From an uncultured Christensenellaceae bacterium (GTDB lineage Bacteria; Bacillota; Clostridia; Christensenellales; Pumilibacteraceae), in the NCBI GenBank assembly GCA_910587595.1, contig CAJULQ010000005.1, positions 883 through 64,882 of the forward strand: a stretch of DNA of 64,000 nucleotides, given 5' to 3'. Position 1 is the first letter of the stretch, and the number at the start of each line of letters is the position of its first letter. The notes beneath the pieces were generated by a model. The model was given only the letters and a program-made list of their open reading frames with translations, made no database searches and was not told where the DNA came from. Positions 30,319 through 41,607 of this stretch are shown piece after piece. Made by a program: the position numbers and the translations under genes.

Positions 30319-33021
30319 ATGGGACTCATCAGTTTTATCACGGGTAGCGACAACCGCAAGCACCTCAAAAAGCTGGAGGCGATCGCCCTCAAGGTGGAGG
30401 AATACGACGAGGCGTACCGTCAACTGACGGACGAGCAACTCAAGGCCAAGACCGAGGAGTTTAAGCATCGGCTCAAAGACAACTACGAAACGTTGGACGA
30501 CATCTTGCCCGAAGCGTTCGCCACGGTGCGCGAGGCGAGCGCGCGCGTTTTGGGTATGCGGCACTTCCACGTGCAGATCTTGGGCGGCATCACGTTGCAC
30601 CAAGGCCGTATCGCCGAAATGCGTACGGGCGAAGGCAAAACGCTTGTGTCTACCTTGCCCGCCTATCTCAACGCATTGTCGGGCGAGGGAGTGCATATCG
30701 TTACCGTGAACGACTACCTCGCCAAGCGCGACGCCGAGTGGATGGGCAAAGTGCACCGTTTCTTGGGGCTTACCGTGGGCGTGGCCGTGTCGGGCATGAC
30801 GCCGGAGGCCAAACGCGCCGCCTATAATTGCGATATCACATATGCCACCAACAACGAGTTGGGTTTCGATTACTTGCGCGACAACATGGTCATCTACAAA
30901 GAAGAAATGGTGCAGCGCAAATTGAGCTACGCCATTATCGACGAGGTGGACTCCATCTTGATCGACGAGGCGCGCACGCCTTTGATCATATCGGGGCGGG
31001 GCGAAAAGTCCAGCGATCTGTATGTTCGCGCCAACCAATTCGTTAAGCGCGAGATCAAAGAGGACGATTTCGAATACGACGAGAAGAAAAAGGGTATCAA
31101 CCTTACCGAGTCGGGCGCCCGCAAGGCCGAGCTGTTTTTCGGCATAGACAATCTGGCCGACATCGAAAACAGCGAGATCTCGCACCATGTAGACAACGCT
31201 TTGCGCGCGCACAAGATCATGAAACGCGACCAAGACTACATCGTGTCGGACGGCGAAGTGGTGATCGTGGACGAGTTCACGGGGCGCTTGATGGTGGGGC
31301 GTAGGTATTCCGACGGCTTGCACCAAGCCATAGAGGCCAAAGAAAACGTTACCATTCGCAACGAAAACAAAACGCTGGCCACCATAACGTTTCAAAACTA
31401 CTTCCGCTTATACGATAAGTTGGGCGGCATGACGGGTACGGCCAAAACCGAAGAAACGGAGTTTAAGGGCATTTACGGCTTAGACGTGGTGGAGATCCCC
31501 ACCAACGTGCCCAGCCAACGCGTGGACGAAAACGACGTGATCTATACCACGGTGAACGGCAAATTGCGCGCCGTGATCGCCGACATAAAAGAGTGTACCG
31601 ACCGCGGTCAGCCCGTTTTGGTGGGCACTACCAACGTGGAAAAGAGCGAGGAGCTTTCCCGCTTGTTGCAAGGCCAGCGCATTCAGCACAACGTGCTCAA
31701 CGCCAAAAACCACGAGAAAGAGGCGGAGATCATCGCGCAAGCCGGCCGCGTGAGCGCGGTGACCATAGCCACCAACATGGCGGGTCGCGGCACCGATATT
31801 TTGTTGGGCGGCAATCCCGAATACCTTGCCAAAAAGCGCATGCGCGATCTGGGCGTAGACGAAAAGCTCGTGTCGGCGGCCACGGCGTATTTTACCACCC
31901 AAGACCCCGATATTTTGGCCGCGCGGCAACAGTATAAAAAGTTCTACGAGGAATACAAAAAAGAGGCCGACGAAGAAAAAGCAAAGGTGATCGCGGTGGG
32001 CGGCTTGCGCATTATCGGCACCGAACGCCACGAATCGCGCCGTATCGACAACCAGTTGCGCGGCCGTGCCGGTCGGCAAGGCGATATCGGCTCGTCTATC
32101 TTCTATCTTTCCATGGAAGACGATTTGTTGCGCTTGTTCGGCGGCGACAGAATGAAACGCATTGCCGAAATGTTCCGCGCCGACGAGGACACGCCTTTTT
32201 CCATGAAAATGCTGACGCGTCAGATCGCCAACGCGCAACGCAACGTGGAGGGTCGCAACTACTCCATTCGTAAACAAGTGCTTGAATACGACAACGTAAT
32301 GAACACGCAACGCACCATTATCTATAAAGAGCGCAACAAGGTGTTGCAGGGCGAGAGCGTGCACGAGCAGATCGACACCATGATGCACGAGCAGATCGAC
32401 GCCATCGTGGACACCTACACCGACCCCAAAACCGATTGGAACGAATGGGAATACGAGGATCTCAACAAAGAGATCGAGCGCAAGCTCATTCCCGGAGACA
32501 CCACGTTCCTCACCGAAGATCGCATGGAAAAATGGGCGCTCGAAGAGATCAAAGAGCAGATCTATACCGCCATGCAAACATACTACACGCAAAAGATAGA
32601 GAACGCCAAGGAATTGGGCGTGGACTTCGAGGAGATCGAGCGCGTTATATTGCTCAAAGTGGTGGATAGGCAGTGGATGGACCACATCGACGCCATGGAC
32701 GCCTTGCGTCGCGGTATCGGACTGAAAGCCTACGGCCAGCAAGATCCTGTGATCGCCTACAAGCAAGAAGGCTTTGCCATGTTCGACGACATGATCGGCC
32801 GTATCCACGAGGACACGGTGGCGCTACTCATGCGCGTGAACGTGGAGCGCGCGCCCAAACGTGAGGGACAAAACCTCGACTTGGTGGTTTCGAGCGGCGG
32901 CAGTAAACAAGCCAAAGCCCCCCAAGTCAACGAAAAGAAAAACGTGGGACGTAACGACGCATGCCCGTGCGGCAGCGGCAAAAAATATAAAAACTGCTGC
33001 TGGGAGAAAGACCACAAATAA
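30319..33021 (+). CDS. secA: preprotein translocase ATPase SecA
   Basis: 900 aa with the canonical SecA sequence ([29 protein letters not shown]) and the C-terminal Zn motif [13 protein letters not shown]. Confidence 0.98.
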   Translation: MGLISFITGSDNRKHLKKLEAIALKVEEYDEAYRQLTDEQLKAKTEEFKHRLKDNYETLDDILPEAFATVREASARVLGMRHFHVQILGGITLHQGRIAEMRTGEGKTLVSTLPAYLNALSGEGVHIVTVNDYLAKRDAEWMGKVHRFLGLTVGVAVSGMTPEAKRAAYNCDITYATNNELGFDYLRDNMVIYKEEMVQRKLSYAIIDEVDSILIDEARTPLIISGRGEKSSDLYVRANQFVKREIKEDDFEYDEKKKGINLTESGARKAELFFGIDNLADIENSEISHHVDNALRAHKIMKRDQDYIVSDGEVVIVDEFTGRLMVGRRYSDGLHQAIEAKENVTIRNENKTLATITFQNYFRLYDKLGGMTGTAKTEETEFKGIYGLDVVEIPTNVPSQRVDENDVIYTTVNGKLRAVIADIKECTDRGQPVLVGTTNVEKSEELSRLLQGQRIQHNVLNAKNHEKEAEIIAQAGRVSAVTIATNMAGRGTDILLGGNPEYLAKKRMRDLGVDEKLVSAATAYFTTQDPDILAARQQYKKFYEEYKKEADEEKAKVIAVGGLRIIGTERHESRRIDNQLRGRAGRQGDIGSSIFYLSMEDDLLRLFGGDRMKRIAEMFRADEDTPFSMKMLTRQIANAQRNVEGRNYSIRKQVLEYDNVMNTQRTIIYKERNKVLQGESVHEQIDTMMHEQIDAIVDTYTDPKTDWNEWEYEDLNKEIERKLIPGDTTFLTEDRMEKWALEEIKEQIYTAMQTYYTQKIENAKELGVDFEEIERVILLKVVDRQWMDHIDAMDALRRGIGLKAYGQQDPVIAYKQEGFAMFDDMIGRIHEDTVALLMRVNVERAPKREGQNLDLVVSSGGSKQAKAPQVNEKKNVGRNDACPCGSGKKYKNCCWEKDHK

Positions 33022-33026
33022 TTCTT

Positions 33027-33087
33027 TGTCATTTCGACCGACGCCCCTTCTGTGTCATTTCGACCGAGCGTAGCGAGCGGAGAAATC
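33027..33087. repeat. dispersed hairpin repeat, one truncated and one longer unit
   Basis: TGTCATTTCGACCGACGCCCCT (33027-33048) and TGTCATTTCGACCGAGCGTAGCGAGCGGAGAAATC (33053-33087). Confidence 0.8.
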
Positions 33088-33155
33088 TTTTGCCCGTAGG
33101 TCTTGCTTTTTTACAAAAATTCCCGCAAAAAGTTTGTAAAGTTATGCATAATTGT

Positions 33156-33185
33156 TTGACATTATTGATTTGCTTGTGTTAAAAT
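33156..33185 (+). promoter_or_regulatory. strong sigma-70-type promoter upstream of the S10 operon
   Basis: TTGACA (33156-33161), 18-nt spacer, TGtTAAAAT extended -10 (33177-33185). Confidence 0.6.
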
Positions 33186-33189
33186 AATA

Positions 33190-33217
33190 GGGCTGTGCGT
33201 CTGCGCAGCCCTTTTTT
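33190..33217 (+). terminator. hairpin + T-run: secA terminator and/or leader attenuator
   Basis: GGGCTGTGC-gtct-GCGCAGCCC (9-bp stem) followed by TTTTTT (33212-33217). It begins only about 5 nt after the -10 box. Confidence 0.55.
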
Positions 33218-33511
33218 GCAAGGAGAAATAGGTAAGAAACCGGAGGTTACCCGTAAAAATTTAGCGAAGTACGGGAGAACTTCGGCGGACCGAGTGCGGC
33301 GACGGCATGCCGTGCGGCGAAGGGAACGGCAAAAAACGGAAAACACGCGAGGTGCGCGAACCGACGGACGGGTTGTTCGTTAGGCGCACGGTCAAATAGG
33401 GAAAACGAACGGCGCCGTAAGCGCCGCAAAACTTTACCCCAAAGTAGACCCACCCGACAGCGTTGTTACTTAAGCTTCGCAAAAGCTAAACGGAGGTAAA
33501 CAAAAGTAAGT
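33218..33511 (+). promoter_or_regulatory. long, GC-rich, probably structured 5' leader of the S10 operon
   Basis: About 290 nt with no plausible ORF. Several stems are visible: CCCGTA/TACGGG (33250-33275), the ACGGCATGCCGT palindrome, and CGGCGC-cgtaa-GCGCCG. Confidence 0.3.
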
Positions 33512-33820
33512 ATGGCAAGTCAGAAGATTCGTATTAAGTTGAAAGCGTACGATCACGACCTTATCGACCAGTCGGCGGCGCGTATCGTGGAAACGGCCAA
33601 GAAAACGGGCACCAAAGTGTCCGGCCCCATTCCGCTGCCCACCGACAAAGAAGTGGTAACGATCTTGCGCGCGGTGCACAAATATAAAGACAGCCGCGAG
33701 CAGTTCGAACTCCGCACGCATAAGCGTTTGATCGATATATATAGCCCTTCGGCAAAAACGGTCGATTCCCTCATGAAACTCGATCTCCCCGCGGGCGTAG
33801 ATATTCAAATCAAGCTGTAA
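33512..33820 (+). CDS. rpsJ: 30S ribosomal protein S10
   Basis: Sequence [17 protein letters not shown] is canonical S10. Confidence 0.98.
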   Translation: MASQKIRIKLKAYDHDLIDQSAARIVETAKKTGTKVSGPIPLPTDKEVVTILRAVHKYKDSREQFELRTHKRLIDIYSPSAKTVDSLMKLDLPAGVDIQIKL

Positions 33821-33844
33821 GAGGGAGCGAGGAGGTAACGACAA

Positions 33845-34477
33845 ATGGAAAAGGCAATATTAGGCAGAAAGTTGGGCATGACCTCTATTTTCGACGAAAC
33901 GGGACTTAGCATTCCCGTAACGGTGGTAGAGGCGGGACCCATGAAAGTAGTGCGCAAAAAGACCCCCGAACGCGACGGTTACAGCGCGGTGCTCGTATCG
34001 TTCGAAGAGGCGGGCAAGCACCAAAACAAAGCGGAAGCGGGCGTATATAAGAAAGCGGGCGTGGACGCGGGCAAGATCTTGCGCGAGTTCAAGTTCGGCA
34101 ACCCCGACAAATTCGAGATCGGCAGCACCATCACGTGCGATATTTTCGCGGGCGGCGATATGGTGGACGTGTCGGCGGTGAGCAAGGGCCACGGCTTTTC
34201 GGGCGTTATCAAGCGTTGGAACCAACGCCGCTTGAAGATGTCGCACGGTACCGGCCCCGTGCATCGCAGCGTGGGTTCCACGGGTGCGAACAGCACGCCC
34301 AGCAAGGTGATAAAGGGCTTGCACATGCCCGGTCACTTCGGGCACGACAACGTGACCATTCAAAATCTCAAGATCGTGAAAGTGGACGCAAACCGCGGCG
34401 TGCTTTTGATCCGCGGCGCGATCCCCGGCCCCAAGGGCGGACTGGTAACGGTGAAAGAAACCGTGAAATCGAAGTAA
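33845..34477 (+). CDS. rplC: 50S ribosomal protein L3
   Basis: ILGRKLGMTSIFDE.. is canonical L3, and the operon position fits. Confidence 0.98.
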   Translation: MEKAILGRKLGMTSIFDETGLSIPVTVVEAGPMKVVRKKTPERDGYSAVLVSFEEAGKHQNKAEAGVYKKAGVDAGKILREFKFGNPDKFEIGSTITCDIFAGGDMVDVSAVSKGHGFSGVIKRWNQRRLKMSHGTGPVHRSVGSTGANSTPSKVIKGLHMPGHFGHDNVTIQNLKIVKVDANRGVLLIRGAIPGPKGGLVTVKETVKSK

Positions 34478-34492
34478 GGCGGAGGAAGGATT

Positions 34493-35116
34493 ATGCCAAG
34501 CGTAAAAGTATACAAACAGACAGGCGAAGAGGCAGGCAACTTGCAACTTGACGACAGCGTATTCGCCGCGGAATATAACGAAGCGCTCGTGCACCAAGCG
34601 GTGGTGGCACAGCGCAACAATGCGCGGCAAGGCACCAAATGCGCGCTTACCCGCACCGAAGTGCGCGGCGGCGGCATCAAGCCTTGGCGTCAGAAGGGAA
34701 CGGGCCGTGCGCGGCAAGGCTCCATCCGTTCGCCCCAATGGACGGGCGGCGGCGTGGTGTTCGCGCCCAAGCCCCGCGACTTCTCGCAAAAAATGAACAA
34801 GCAAGCCAAGCGCGGCGCGCTTTGCTCGGCGCTCAGCGAAAAACTGCGGGCCGAAGAGCTCACTGTGGTAGACGAGATCAAGATAGAGCCCAAAACCAAA
34901 GAGATGGTGAAAGTGCTCGACGCGCTCAAAATCGATAAGCGCGTGCTCGTTGTAGTGACCGACGCCGACGAGGCGGTGGTGCGCGCGGCCGGCAATCTGC
35001 AAAACGTGTACACCGTGAACAGCCGTCAGATCAGCGTATACGATCTGGTAGCCAACGCCAAGTGCGTGATGACGCGCGACGCGGTCAAGAAAATCGAGGA
35101 GGCCTACAAAGCATGA
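34493..35116 (+). CDS. rplD: 50S ribosomal protein L4
   Basis: KPWRQKGTGRARQGSIRSPQW motif. Confidence 0.98.
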   Translation: MPSVKVYKQTGEEAGNLQLDDSVFAAEYNEALVHQAVVAQRNNARQGTKCALTRTEVRGGGIKPWRQKGTGRARQGSIRSPQWTGGGVVFAPKPRDFSQKMNKQAKRGALCSALSEKLRAEELTVVDEIKIEPKTKEMVKVLDALKIDKRVLVVVTDADEAVVRAAGNLQNVYTVNSRQISVYDLVANAKCVMTRDAVKKIEEAYKA

Positions 35117-35403
35117 ACGCCTACGACATTATATTAAAGCCCATACGCAGCGAAAAAGCGTATGCGGGCATTGCCGATAAAAAATATGCTTTCGTGGTGG
35201 ATCGCCGTGCCGACAAGACGCAGATCAAAGCGGCCGTGGAAGAGATCTTCAAAGTGAAAGTGGCAAAAGTAAACACGGTGAACGTTCGCGGCAAGTACAA
35301 GCGCCAAGGCAGATCGGAAGGCTACACCTCCCGTTTCAAAAAGGCGTATGTGCAACTCACGGCGGGCAGCAAGTCTATCGAGTTCTTCGATAGCTTAACC
35401 TAA
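35113..35403 (+). CDS. rplW: 50S ribosomal protein L23
   Basis: The real start is [15 protein letters not shown], with an ATGA overlap onto the rplD stop. The ORF-track 5' extension is spurious. Confidence 0.95.
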   Translation: MNAYDIILKPIRSEKAYAGIADKKYAFVVDRRADKTQIKAAVEEIFKVKVAKVNTVNVRGKYKRQGRSEGYTSRFKKAYVQLTAGSKSIEFFDSLT

Positions 35404-35414
35404 GGGAGGCAACC

Positions 35415-36242
35415 ATGGCTATTAAAAGATATAAACCCATTACGGCGGGCACGCGCTTTAAAACCGTTTCGAGTTTTAGCGAGATCACAACGAACACGCC
35501 CGAAAAATCGTTGTTGGACGTATCGTTCCGTTCGGGCGGCCGCAACAACACCGGCCGTATCACCGTTCGCCACATCGGCGGCGGCAACCGTATCAAATAC
35601 CGTATCATCGATTTCAAGCGCAACAAAGACGGCATTCCCGCCAAAGTGGCCGAGATCGAATACGACCCCAACCGCACGGCGTATATCGCGCTGTTGCACT
35701 ACGCCGACGGCGAAAAGAGATACATTCTGGCGCCTTTGGGGCTTAACAAGGGCGACACCGTGCTGAGCGGCGAAAACGCCGACATCAAGGCGGGCAACGC
35801 GTTGCCGCTTGCCAACATTCCCGTGGGCACCATGGTGCACAACGTGGAAATGCAACCCGGTCGCGGCGGCCAAATGGTGAAAGCGGCGGGCACGGCGGCC
35901 CAGCTGATGGCCAAAGAAGGCAAGTACGCCACGCTCCGACTTCCCAGCGGCGAAATGCGCATGATCCCGCTTGCGTGCAAAGCCACCATCGGTCAGGTGG
36001 GCAACCTCGACCACGAGTTGGTGTCTTTGGGTAAGGCGGGCAGAAAGCGCCACATGGGCGTGAAACCCACCGTCCGCGGCGTTGTTATGAACCCTTGTGA
36101 TCACCCGCACGGCGGCGGCGAAGGCAAATCGCCCATCGGTCGTCCCGGCCCCGTATCGCCTTGGGGTCAGCCGGCGCTCGGTTACAAGACGCGTAAAAAG
36201 CACAAAAACAGCGATCGCTTTATCGTAAAGCGCATTAACTGA
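35415..36242 (+). CDS. rplB: 50S ribosomal protein L2
   Basis: [15 protein letters not shown] and [10 protein letters not shown] motifs. Confidence 0.98.
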   Translation: MAIKRYKPITAGTRFKTVSSFSEITTNTPEKSLLDVSFRSGGRNNTGRITVRHIGGGNRIKYRIIDFKRNKDGIPAKVAEIEYDPNRTAYIALLHYADGEKRYILAPLGLNKGDTVLSGENADIKAGNALPLANIPVGTMVHNVEMQPGRGGQMVKAAGTAAQLMAKEGKYATLRLPSGEMRMIPLACKATIGQVGNLDHELVSLGKAGRKRHMGVKPTVRGVVMNPCDHPHGGGEGKSPIGRPGPVSPWGQPALGYKTRKKHKNSDRFIVKRIN

Positions 36243-36257
36243 GAGGTGTAGAAAGGT

Positions 36258-36536
36258 ATGAGCAGAAGTGTAAAAAAAGGCCCTTACGTAGAAGAAAGGC
36301 TGTATGAAAGAGTGAAAGCGCAAGCGAACACCACCGATAAAAAGGTGATCAAAACTTGGTCGCGTTCGAGCACGATATTCCCCGAATTCGTGGGGTGCAC
36401 CATTGCCGTGCACGACGGCCGCAAGCACGTGCCCGTTTACTGCACCGAAGAAATGGTGGGGCATAAGTTGGGCGAATTCGCCCCCACCCGCACGTTCCGC
36501 GGGCATGCCGGCGAGAAAACCACGAAGGGTAAATAA
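36258..36536 (+). CDS. rpsS: 30S ribosomal protein S19
   Basis: [23 protein letters not shown]. Confidence 0.98.
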   Translation: MSRSVKKGPYVEERLYERVKAQANTTDKKVIKTWSRSSTIFPEFVGCTIAVHDGRKHVPVYCTEEMVGHKLGEFAPTRTFRGHAGEKTTKGK

Positions 36537-36547
36537 GGAGTAGCACG

Positions 36548-36943
36548 ATGGCTAAGAGAATGAAAGAAAAGGCGCTCGCGCGGAAAGAGAACAAAGACAC
36601 CCGCCCTTGCGCCCAAGCAAAATATATCCGCATTGCACCCACCAAGGTGCGCGTGGTGCTCGACACCGTGCGCGGCAAGTCGGTGAACGAGGCGCTCGCC
36701 ATGCTCATGGCAACGCCCAAGGCGGCCTCCGATCCCATCCGCAAAGTGATCGAATCGGCCACCGCCAACGCCGAACACAACCAAGGTCTCAGCCGCGCCG
36801 ATCTGTATGTGGCGGAGATCTTCGCCGACGGCGGCCCTATCTTAAAGCGCGTGAACCCCGTTTCCAAGGGCAGAGCGTATCGCATCAATAAAAGAACCAG
36901 TCATATCACGGTGATCCTCGATACCGTTAAGGAGGGCAAGTAA
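36548..36943 (+). CDS. rplV: 50S ribosomal protein L22
   Basis: Operon position and an L22-like sequence ([19 protein letters not shown]). Confidence 0.96.
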   Translation: MAKRMKEKALARKENKDTRPCAQAKYIRIAPTKVRVVLDTVRGKSVNEALAMLMATPKAASDPIRKVIESATANAEHNQGLSRADLYVAEIFADGGPILKRVNPVSKGRAYRINKRTSHITVILDTVKEGK

Positions 36944-36945
36944 GT

Positions 36946-37608
36946 ATGGGACAGAAAGTGAATCCGCACGGACTGAGAGTGGGCGTTATTGCCGATTGGA
37001 ATGCCAACTGGTATGCCGGCAAAAAGGATTTTTCGGCCAACCTCTACGAGGATTACAAGATCCGTGAGTTTATCAAAAAGAAGTATTATGCCTACGGCGT
37101 GAGCAAAGTAGTGATTAAGCGCGCGCAAGGCAACGTGAGCATCGATATCTACACCTCCAAGCCGGGCATGATCATCGGCATGAAGGGCGCGGGCATCGAG
37201 GAGCTTAAAAAGCAATTGGCCAAAGTGGTGCCTAATAAGCAGTTCCACATCAACATCATGGAAGTGAAACGCCCCGATATGGACGCCGTTTTGGTAGCCG
37301 AAAGCATTGCCGCACAGCTCGAAAAGCGCAGTTCGTTCCGTCGCACCATGAAACAAGCCATGGGTCGCGTTATGCGCAGCGGCGCCAAGGGCGTGAAGAT
37401 CAAGGTGTCCGGCCGTTTGGACGGCGCGGAGATCGCGCGCAGCGAGGCGTATCACGAGGGGAGCATTCCTCTGCAAACGCTTCGGGCGGACATCGACTAC
37501 GGCGTGGCCACCGCCCGCACCACGTTCGGCGCCATCGGCGTGAAAGTTTGGGTGTATAAGGGCGAAATTCTGCCCAAGGCGAAAGAGCCGCAAGGAGGTC
37601 AGGAATAA
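36946..37608 (+). CDS. rpsC: 30S ribosomal protein S3
   Basis: [13 protein letters not shown].. is canonical S3. Confidence 0.98.
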   Translation: MGQKVNPHGLRVGVIADWNANWYAGKKDFSANLYEDYKIREFIKKKYYAYGVSKVVIKRAQGNVSIDIYTSKPGMIIGMKGAGIEELKKQLAKVVPNKQFHINIMEVKRPDMDAVLVAESIAAQLEKRSSFRRTMKQAMGRVMRSGAKGVKIKVSGRLDGAEIARSEAYHEGSIPLQTLRADIDYGVATARTTFGAIGVKVWVYKGEILPKAKEPQGGQE

Positions 37609-37609
37609 C

Positions 37610-38050
37610 ATGTTACTTCCCAAGAGAGTAAAACACCGCAAACAACAACGCGGCAGAATGAAAGGCAGCGCCCACAAGGGCAACGAGATCGCTTACGGCG
37701 AATTCGGCTTGGTGGCGCTCGATCCGGCATGGATCACGTCTAACCAGATAGAGGCCGCCCGTATCGCCATGACGCGTTATATCAAGCGCGGCGGTCAGGT
37801 TTGGATCGATATTTTCCCGCATAAGCCCATCACCAAAAAGCCCGCCGAAACCCGCATGGGCAGCGGCAAAGGCTCGCCCGAATATTGGGCGGCGGTGGTG
37901 AAACCGGGCAGAGTTATGTTCGAAATGGCGGGAGTGAGCGAGGAAGTGGCCCGCGAGGCGCTCCGTCTTGCCTCCCATAAATTGCCCGTGCGTTGCAAGA
38001 TCTGCAAGCGCGGCGAGCTTGTGTCCGCCGACAAGGAGGAGAAAGCGTAA
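37610..38050 (+). CDS. rplP: 50S ribosomal protein L16
   Basis: [19 protein letters not shown].. is canonical L16. Confidence 0.98.
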   Translation: MLLPKRVKHRKQQRGRMKGSAHKGNEIAYGEFGLVALDPAWITSNQIEAARIAMTRYIKRGGQVWIDIFPHKPITKKPAETRMGSGKGSPEYWAAVVKPGRVMFEMAGVSEEVAREALRLASHKLPVRCKICKRGELVSADKEEKA

Positions 38051-38250
38051 TGAAAGCGAAACAGATTCACGAAATGAAAGACGACGAGCTGGTGCAAAAG
38101 CTTAGCGAACTCAAGCAGGAACTGTTCAATTTGCGGTTCAGCAACGCTACGGGACAGCTTAACAACCCCATGCAAATGGTGGTTTGCAAGAGAGATATCG
38201 CGCGCATCAAAACCGTTCTCAGACAGCGCGAACTCGCGAAAAAGGCGTAG
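38050..38250 (+). CDS. rpmC: 50S ribosomal protein L29
   Basis: The real start MKAKQIHEM shares one base with the rplP stop. ELFNLRF motif present. Confidence 0.95.
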   Translation: MKAKQIHEMKDDELVQKLSELKQELFNLRFSNATGQLNNPMQMVVCKRDIARIKTVLRQRELAKKA

Positions 38251-38264
38251 GCGCGGAGGAAATC

Positions 38265-38528
38265 ATGGAAACATTGGAAAGAAACAATAGAAAGGTGCGC
38301 GAAGGGATCGTGGTGTCCGACAAAATGGACAAGACCATCGTGGTAGCCATCAAAGACAAGGCAAAGCACCCTCTGTATAAAAAGACCATCAACAAGACCA
38401 AAAAGCTCAAAGCGCACGACGAAAACAACGAAGCGGGCATCGGCGACAAGGTAGAGGTTATGGAGACCCGTCACCTTTCGCGCGATAAGTGCTGGCGCCT
38501 CGTGAAGATCGTCGAGAAGGCGAAGTAA
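38265..38528 (+). CDS. rpsQ: 30S ribosomal protein S17
   Basis: The real start is [27 protein letters not shown]. The upstream part of the track ORF is spurious. Confidence 0.95.
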   Translation: METLERNNRKVREGIVVSDKMDKTIVVAIKDKAKHPLYKKTINKTKKLKAHDENNEAGIGDKVEVMETRHLSRDKCWRLVKIVEKAK

Positions 38529-38541
38529 GGAGAGGTGAATT

Positions 38542-38910
38542 ATGATACAACCACAAACCTATCTTAAAGTTGCCGACAACAGCGGCGCCAAAGAGATCAT
38601 GTGTATTCGCGTGCTCGGCGGCTCGTTCCGTCGTAGCGGCAACATAGGCGACGTTATCATCGCTTCGGTAAAGAGCGCATCTACCGGCGGCGCCGTGAAA
38701 AAGGGCGACGTTGTAAAAGCGGTCATCGTGCGCACGTGCAAGGGCGTAGGCCGCCCCGACGGTTCGTTTATCCGTTTCGACGATAACGCCGCCGTCATCA
38801 TCGACAACCAAAAGCAACCGCGCGGCACCCGTATCTTCGGACCCATTGCCCGCGAACTGCGCGAGAAAGACTATATGAAGATCATCTCGCTGGCACCCGA
38901 AGTACTGTAA
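38542..38910 (+). CDS. rplN: 50S ribosomal protein L14
   Basis: [18 protein letters not shown].. is canonical L14. Confidence 0.98.
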   Translation: MIQPQTYLKVADNSGAKEIMCIRVLGGSFRRSGNIGDVIIASVKSASTGGAVKKGDVVKAVIVRTCKGVGRPDGSFIRFDDNAAVIIDNQKQPRGTRIFGPIARELREKDYMKIISLAPEVL

Positions 38911-38923
38911 GGAGGCGACGGAA

Positions 38924-39430
38924 ATGAGTTTGAATGTGAAGAAAGGCGATACCGTCGTTATGATCGCGGGAAAAGACAAGGGCAAGACCGGCAAGGTCAC
39001 CGCGTGCGATCCGCGCAGCGGACGTGTGGTGGTGGAAGGTTGCAACATCGTGACCAAACACACCAAGCCCCGCGGCGCCAATCAACCGGGCGGCAAAAAC
39101 AAAATGGCCGGCCCCGTAGACGTGAGCAACGTGCAGATCATCTGCCCCGCTTGCAACAAGGCTACCCGCGTGGCCAACAAGATCGAGGGCGACAAGAAGT
39201 TGCGCGTTTGCCATAAGTGCGGCGCGTCGCTCGAACCCAAAAAGGTAGAGAAAAAGGCCAAAAAAGCCAAGGCGGATAAGGCGGAAACGCCCGTAGCCGA
39301 AGAGGCCAAAGAGAAGAAAACGGCCAAGAAAGCGCCCGCCAAGAAAACGAGCAAGAAAGCCGAGGCGCCCGTAACGGAGCCGACGGCTACCGAAACGACC
39401 GAGCAAGCCGAAAACGGCGGCGAGAACTAA
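38924..39430 (+). CDS. rplX: 50S ribosomal protein L24 with an internal CxxC..CxxC pair and a Lys/Ala/Glu-rich C-terminal extension
   Basis: KOW core VKKGDTVVMIAGKDKGKTGKV. The Cys pair is CPAC...CHKC. About 65 extra low-complexity residues follow. Confidence 0.93.
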   Translation: MSLNVKKGDTVVMIAGKDKGKTGKVTACDPRSGRVVVEGCNIVTKHTKPRGANQPGGKNKMAGPVDVSNVQIICPACNKATRVANKIEGDKKLRVCHKCGASLEPKKVEKKAKKAKADKAETPVAEEAKEKKTAKKAPAKKTSKKAEAPVTEPTATETTEQAENGGEN

Positions 39431-39442
39431 TCGGAGGAAAGT

Positions 39443-40036
39443 ATGGCAGAAAAGAAGAATCAGGTTGCGGCAAAGGCGGCAACCGATAACAGCGCCCGCT
39501 ACCGCTTGCGGAAACGGTATGTTTCGGAGATCGTGCCCGCGCTGATGAGCGAAAGAGGGTATAAAAACATCAACGAAGTTCCCAAGATCGAAAAGATCAC
39601 GTTGAACATGCGTTTGGGCGACATCAAAGACAACAACAAGAGCATTCAGCTTGCCCAAGCCGAGCTCGAATCGATCTGCGGCCAAAAGACCGTGATCGCC
39701 AAAGCCAAAAAGAGCGTGGCGAACTTCAAACTCCGCGAGAACCAACCCATCGGCGTGAAAGCAACGCTCCGCGGCGACAAGATGTATGAGTTTTTCGATA
39801 AGCTCGTTTCCATTGCGTTGCCCCGCGTGCGCGACTTCCGCGGCATTTCCGGCAAGTCGTTCGACGGCCGCGGCAATTTCTCGATGGGCGTGAAAGAGCA
39901 AATCATTTTCCCCGAAATTGCCTACGAGCAAGTGGAAAAAGTGCGCGGTTTCGACGTTTGCATAGTAACTACCGCTAAGTCGGACGACGAAGCGAAGGCG
40001 TTGCTCACCAAAATGGGCATGCCGTTCCGTAACTAG
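39443..40036 (+). CDS. rplE: 50S ribosomal protein L5
   Basis: [11 protein letters not shown].. and [20 protein letters not shown] motifs. Short N-terminal extension. Confidence 0.96.
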   Translation: MAEKKNQVAAKAATDNSARYRLRKRYVSEIVPALMSERGYKNINEVPKIEKITLNMRLGDIKDNNKSIQLAQAELESICGQKTVIAKAKKSVANFKLRENQPIGVKATLRGDKMYEFFDKLVSIALPRVRDFRGISGKSFDGRGNFSMGVKEQIIFPEIAYEQVEKVRGFDVCIVTTAKSDDEAKALLTKMGMPFRN

Positions 40037-40056
40037 CGGAGGAATAGGAGAACATT

Positions 40057-40242
40057 ATGGCTAAGAAAGCAATGATCAACAAGCAGCAAAGACCTGCGAA
40101 GTTTTCGACGCGCGCCTACACGCGTTGCAGCATATGCGGTCGTCCGCACGCCGTGCTCAAAAAGTTCGGCATTTGCAGAATTTGCTTCCGCGAGCTTGCC
40201 TACAAGGGCGAGATTCCCGGTGTGAAAAAGTCGAGCTGGTAA
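40057..40242 (+). CDS. rpsN: 30S ribosomal protein S14 type Z (zinc form)
   Basis: 61 aa with CSICGRP...CRIC. Confidence 0.97.
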   Translation: MAKKAMINKQQRPAKFSTRAYTRCSICGRPHAVLKKFGICRICFRELAYKGEIPGVKKSSW

Positions 40243-40257
40243 GGAGGAGAGCGAGAA

Positions 40258-40656
40258 ATGGTTACAACGGATCCCATTGCAGATTTGCTGACGAGAATTC
40301 GGAACGCGCTCACCGCGCGGCACGACACCGTTTCGGTGCCCGCCTCCAAGATGAAAAAGGCGATCGCCGACATCTTGGTGGAAGAAGGGTATATAAAGAG
40401 CGCCGAGGCGGGCGACGATAACGGACACCCCGTGATCAACATAACGCTCAAGTACGGCGCCAAATACGAGCGGGTCATCACCAACCTCAAGCGCATCAGC
40501 AAGCCCGGCTTGCGCGTGTATTGCGGTTACGAAGATCTACCCAAGGTGTTGGGCGGCTTGGGCATTGCCATTATTTCCACGTCCAAAGGCGTGATGACAG
40601 ACAAGCAAGCGCGCGCGCAGAAAGTGGGCGGCGAAGTGCTTGCCTACGTGTGGTAA
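40258..40656 (+). CDS. rpsH: 30S ribosomal protein S8
   Basis: [14 protein letters not shown] is canonical S8. Confidence 0.98.
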   Translation: MVTTDPIADLLTRIRNALTARHDTVSVPASKMKKAIADILVEEGYIKSAEAGDDNGHPVINITLKYGAKYERVITNLKRISKPGLRVYCGYEDLPKVLGGLGIAIISTSKGVMTDKQARAQKVGGEVLAYVW

Positions 40657-40673
40657 GAGGAGGGCAACAGAGT

Positions 40674-41216
40674 ATGTCGAGAATAGGAAGAATGCCCATT
40701 GCTATCCCCGCCGGCGTGAACGTGGAAGTGAACGGCAACACAGTGAAAGTGAGCGGTCCCAAAGGCACGCTTACCCAAGAGATAGCAAGCAACAAGATCG
40801 AAGTGAAAATAGAGGGCGCCGAGGTGCACGTTACCCGCGCCGACGACAAGAAAGAAACGCGTTCGAAACACGGCCTTTACCGTCAGCTCATCGCCAACAT
40901 GGTGGCGGGCGTGGTAACGCCGTTTACCCGCACGCTGATCATTCAAGGCGTTGGTTACAAAGCGGCGGTGGCGGGCAGCAAACTCACGCTGAACATCGGG
41001 TACAGCCACCCCGTGGAGTTTACCGCTCCCGAGGGTATCACCCTTTCTTGCCCCGATATCACCACCGTGGTGGTTTCGGGCATCAGCAAGGAATTGGTGG
41101 GGCAGACGGCCGCCACGATCCGCAGCAAGCGTCCCGTGGAACCCTACCACAACTACGGACTCCATTATTCGGACGAAGTGCTTGTGAAGAAAGAGGGCAA
41201 AACGGCAGGTAAGTAA
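40674..41216 (+). CDS. rplF: 50S ribosomal protein L6
   Basis: The real start is [15 protein letters not shown] at ATG 40674. The track ORF is extended 5' over rpsH. Confidence 0.96.
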   Translation: MSRIGRMPIAIPAGVNVEVNGNTVKVSGPKGTLTQEIASNKIEVKIEGAEVHVTRADDKKETRSKHGLYRQLIANMVAGVVTPFTRTLIIQGVGYKAAVAGSKLTLNIGYSHPVEFTAPEGITLSCPDITTVVVSGISKELVGQTAATIRSKRPVEPYHNYGLHYSDEVLVKKEGKTAGK

Positions 41217-41230
41217 GGAGCGATAGAAAA

Positions 41231-41593
41231 ATGATAAACAAGCAGAATAAAAACCAAGTGCGCTTAAAACGCCATATGCGCGTTCGCAATAAGGTTTCGG
41301 GCACCGCCGAGTGCCCCCGCCTGAACGTATACCGCTCCACCGTCCACATCTACGCGCAAGTGATAGACGACGTGGCGGGCGTGACCATCGCGTCTTCCTC
41401 CACGGTTGCCAAAGATATGAACGTGAAAGGCAAGACCAAGACGGAAGCGGCGGCTTTGGTGGGCGCCTCCGTGGCCAAAAAGGCAATGGAAAAAGGTGTG
41501 CAGACCGTGGTGTTCGACCGCGGCGGCTACCTCTACACGGGCAGAGTGAAAGCTCTTGCCGACGGCGCACGCGATGCGGGCCTTAAATTTTAG
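41231..41593 (+). CDS. rplR: 50S ribosomal protein L18
   Basis: [18 protein letters not shown] and [27 protein letters not shown]. Confidence 0.98.
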   Translation: MINKQNKNQVRLKRHMRVRNKVSGTAECPRLNVYRSTVHIYAQVIDDVAGVTIASSSTVAKDMNVKGKTKTEAAALVGASVAKKAMEKGVQTVVFDRGGYLYTGRVKALADGARDAGLKF

Positions 41594-41607
41594 CGGAGGA
41601 AACGGAA

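Noticed and set aside
17921-33087. Hairpin repeats as a CRISPR array.
   Set aside because: The units are irregularly spaced, occur in both orientations and vary in sequence and length. They are scattered over 15 kb with genes in between, and no cas genes are present.
33218-33511. S10 leader as a known small RNA (SRP/4.5S, 6S, RNase P, tmRNA).
   Set aside because: I could not find the SRP domain IV motif, a tmRNA tag ORF or tRNA-like end, or RNase P conserved regions. The location directly upstream of rpsJ fits a leader instead.
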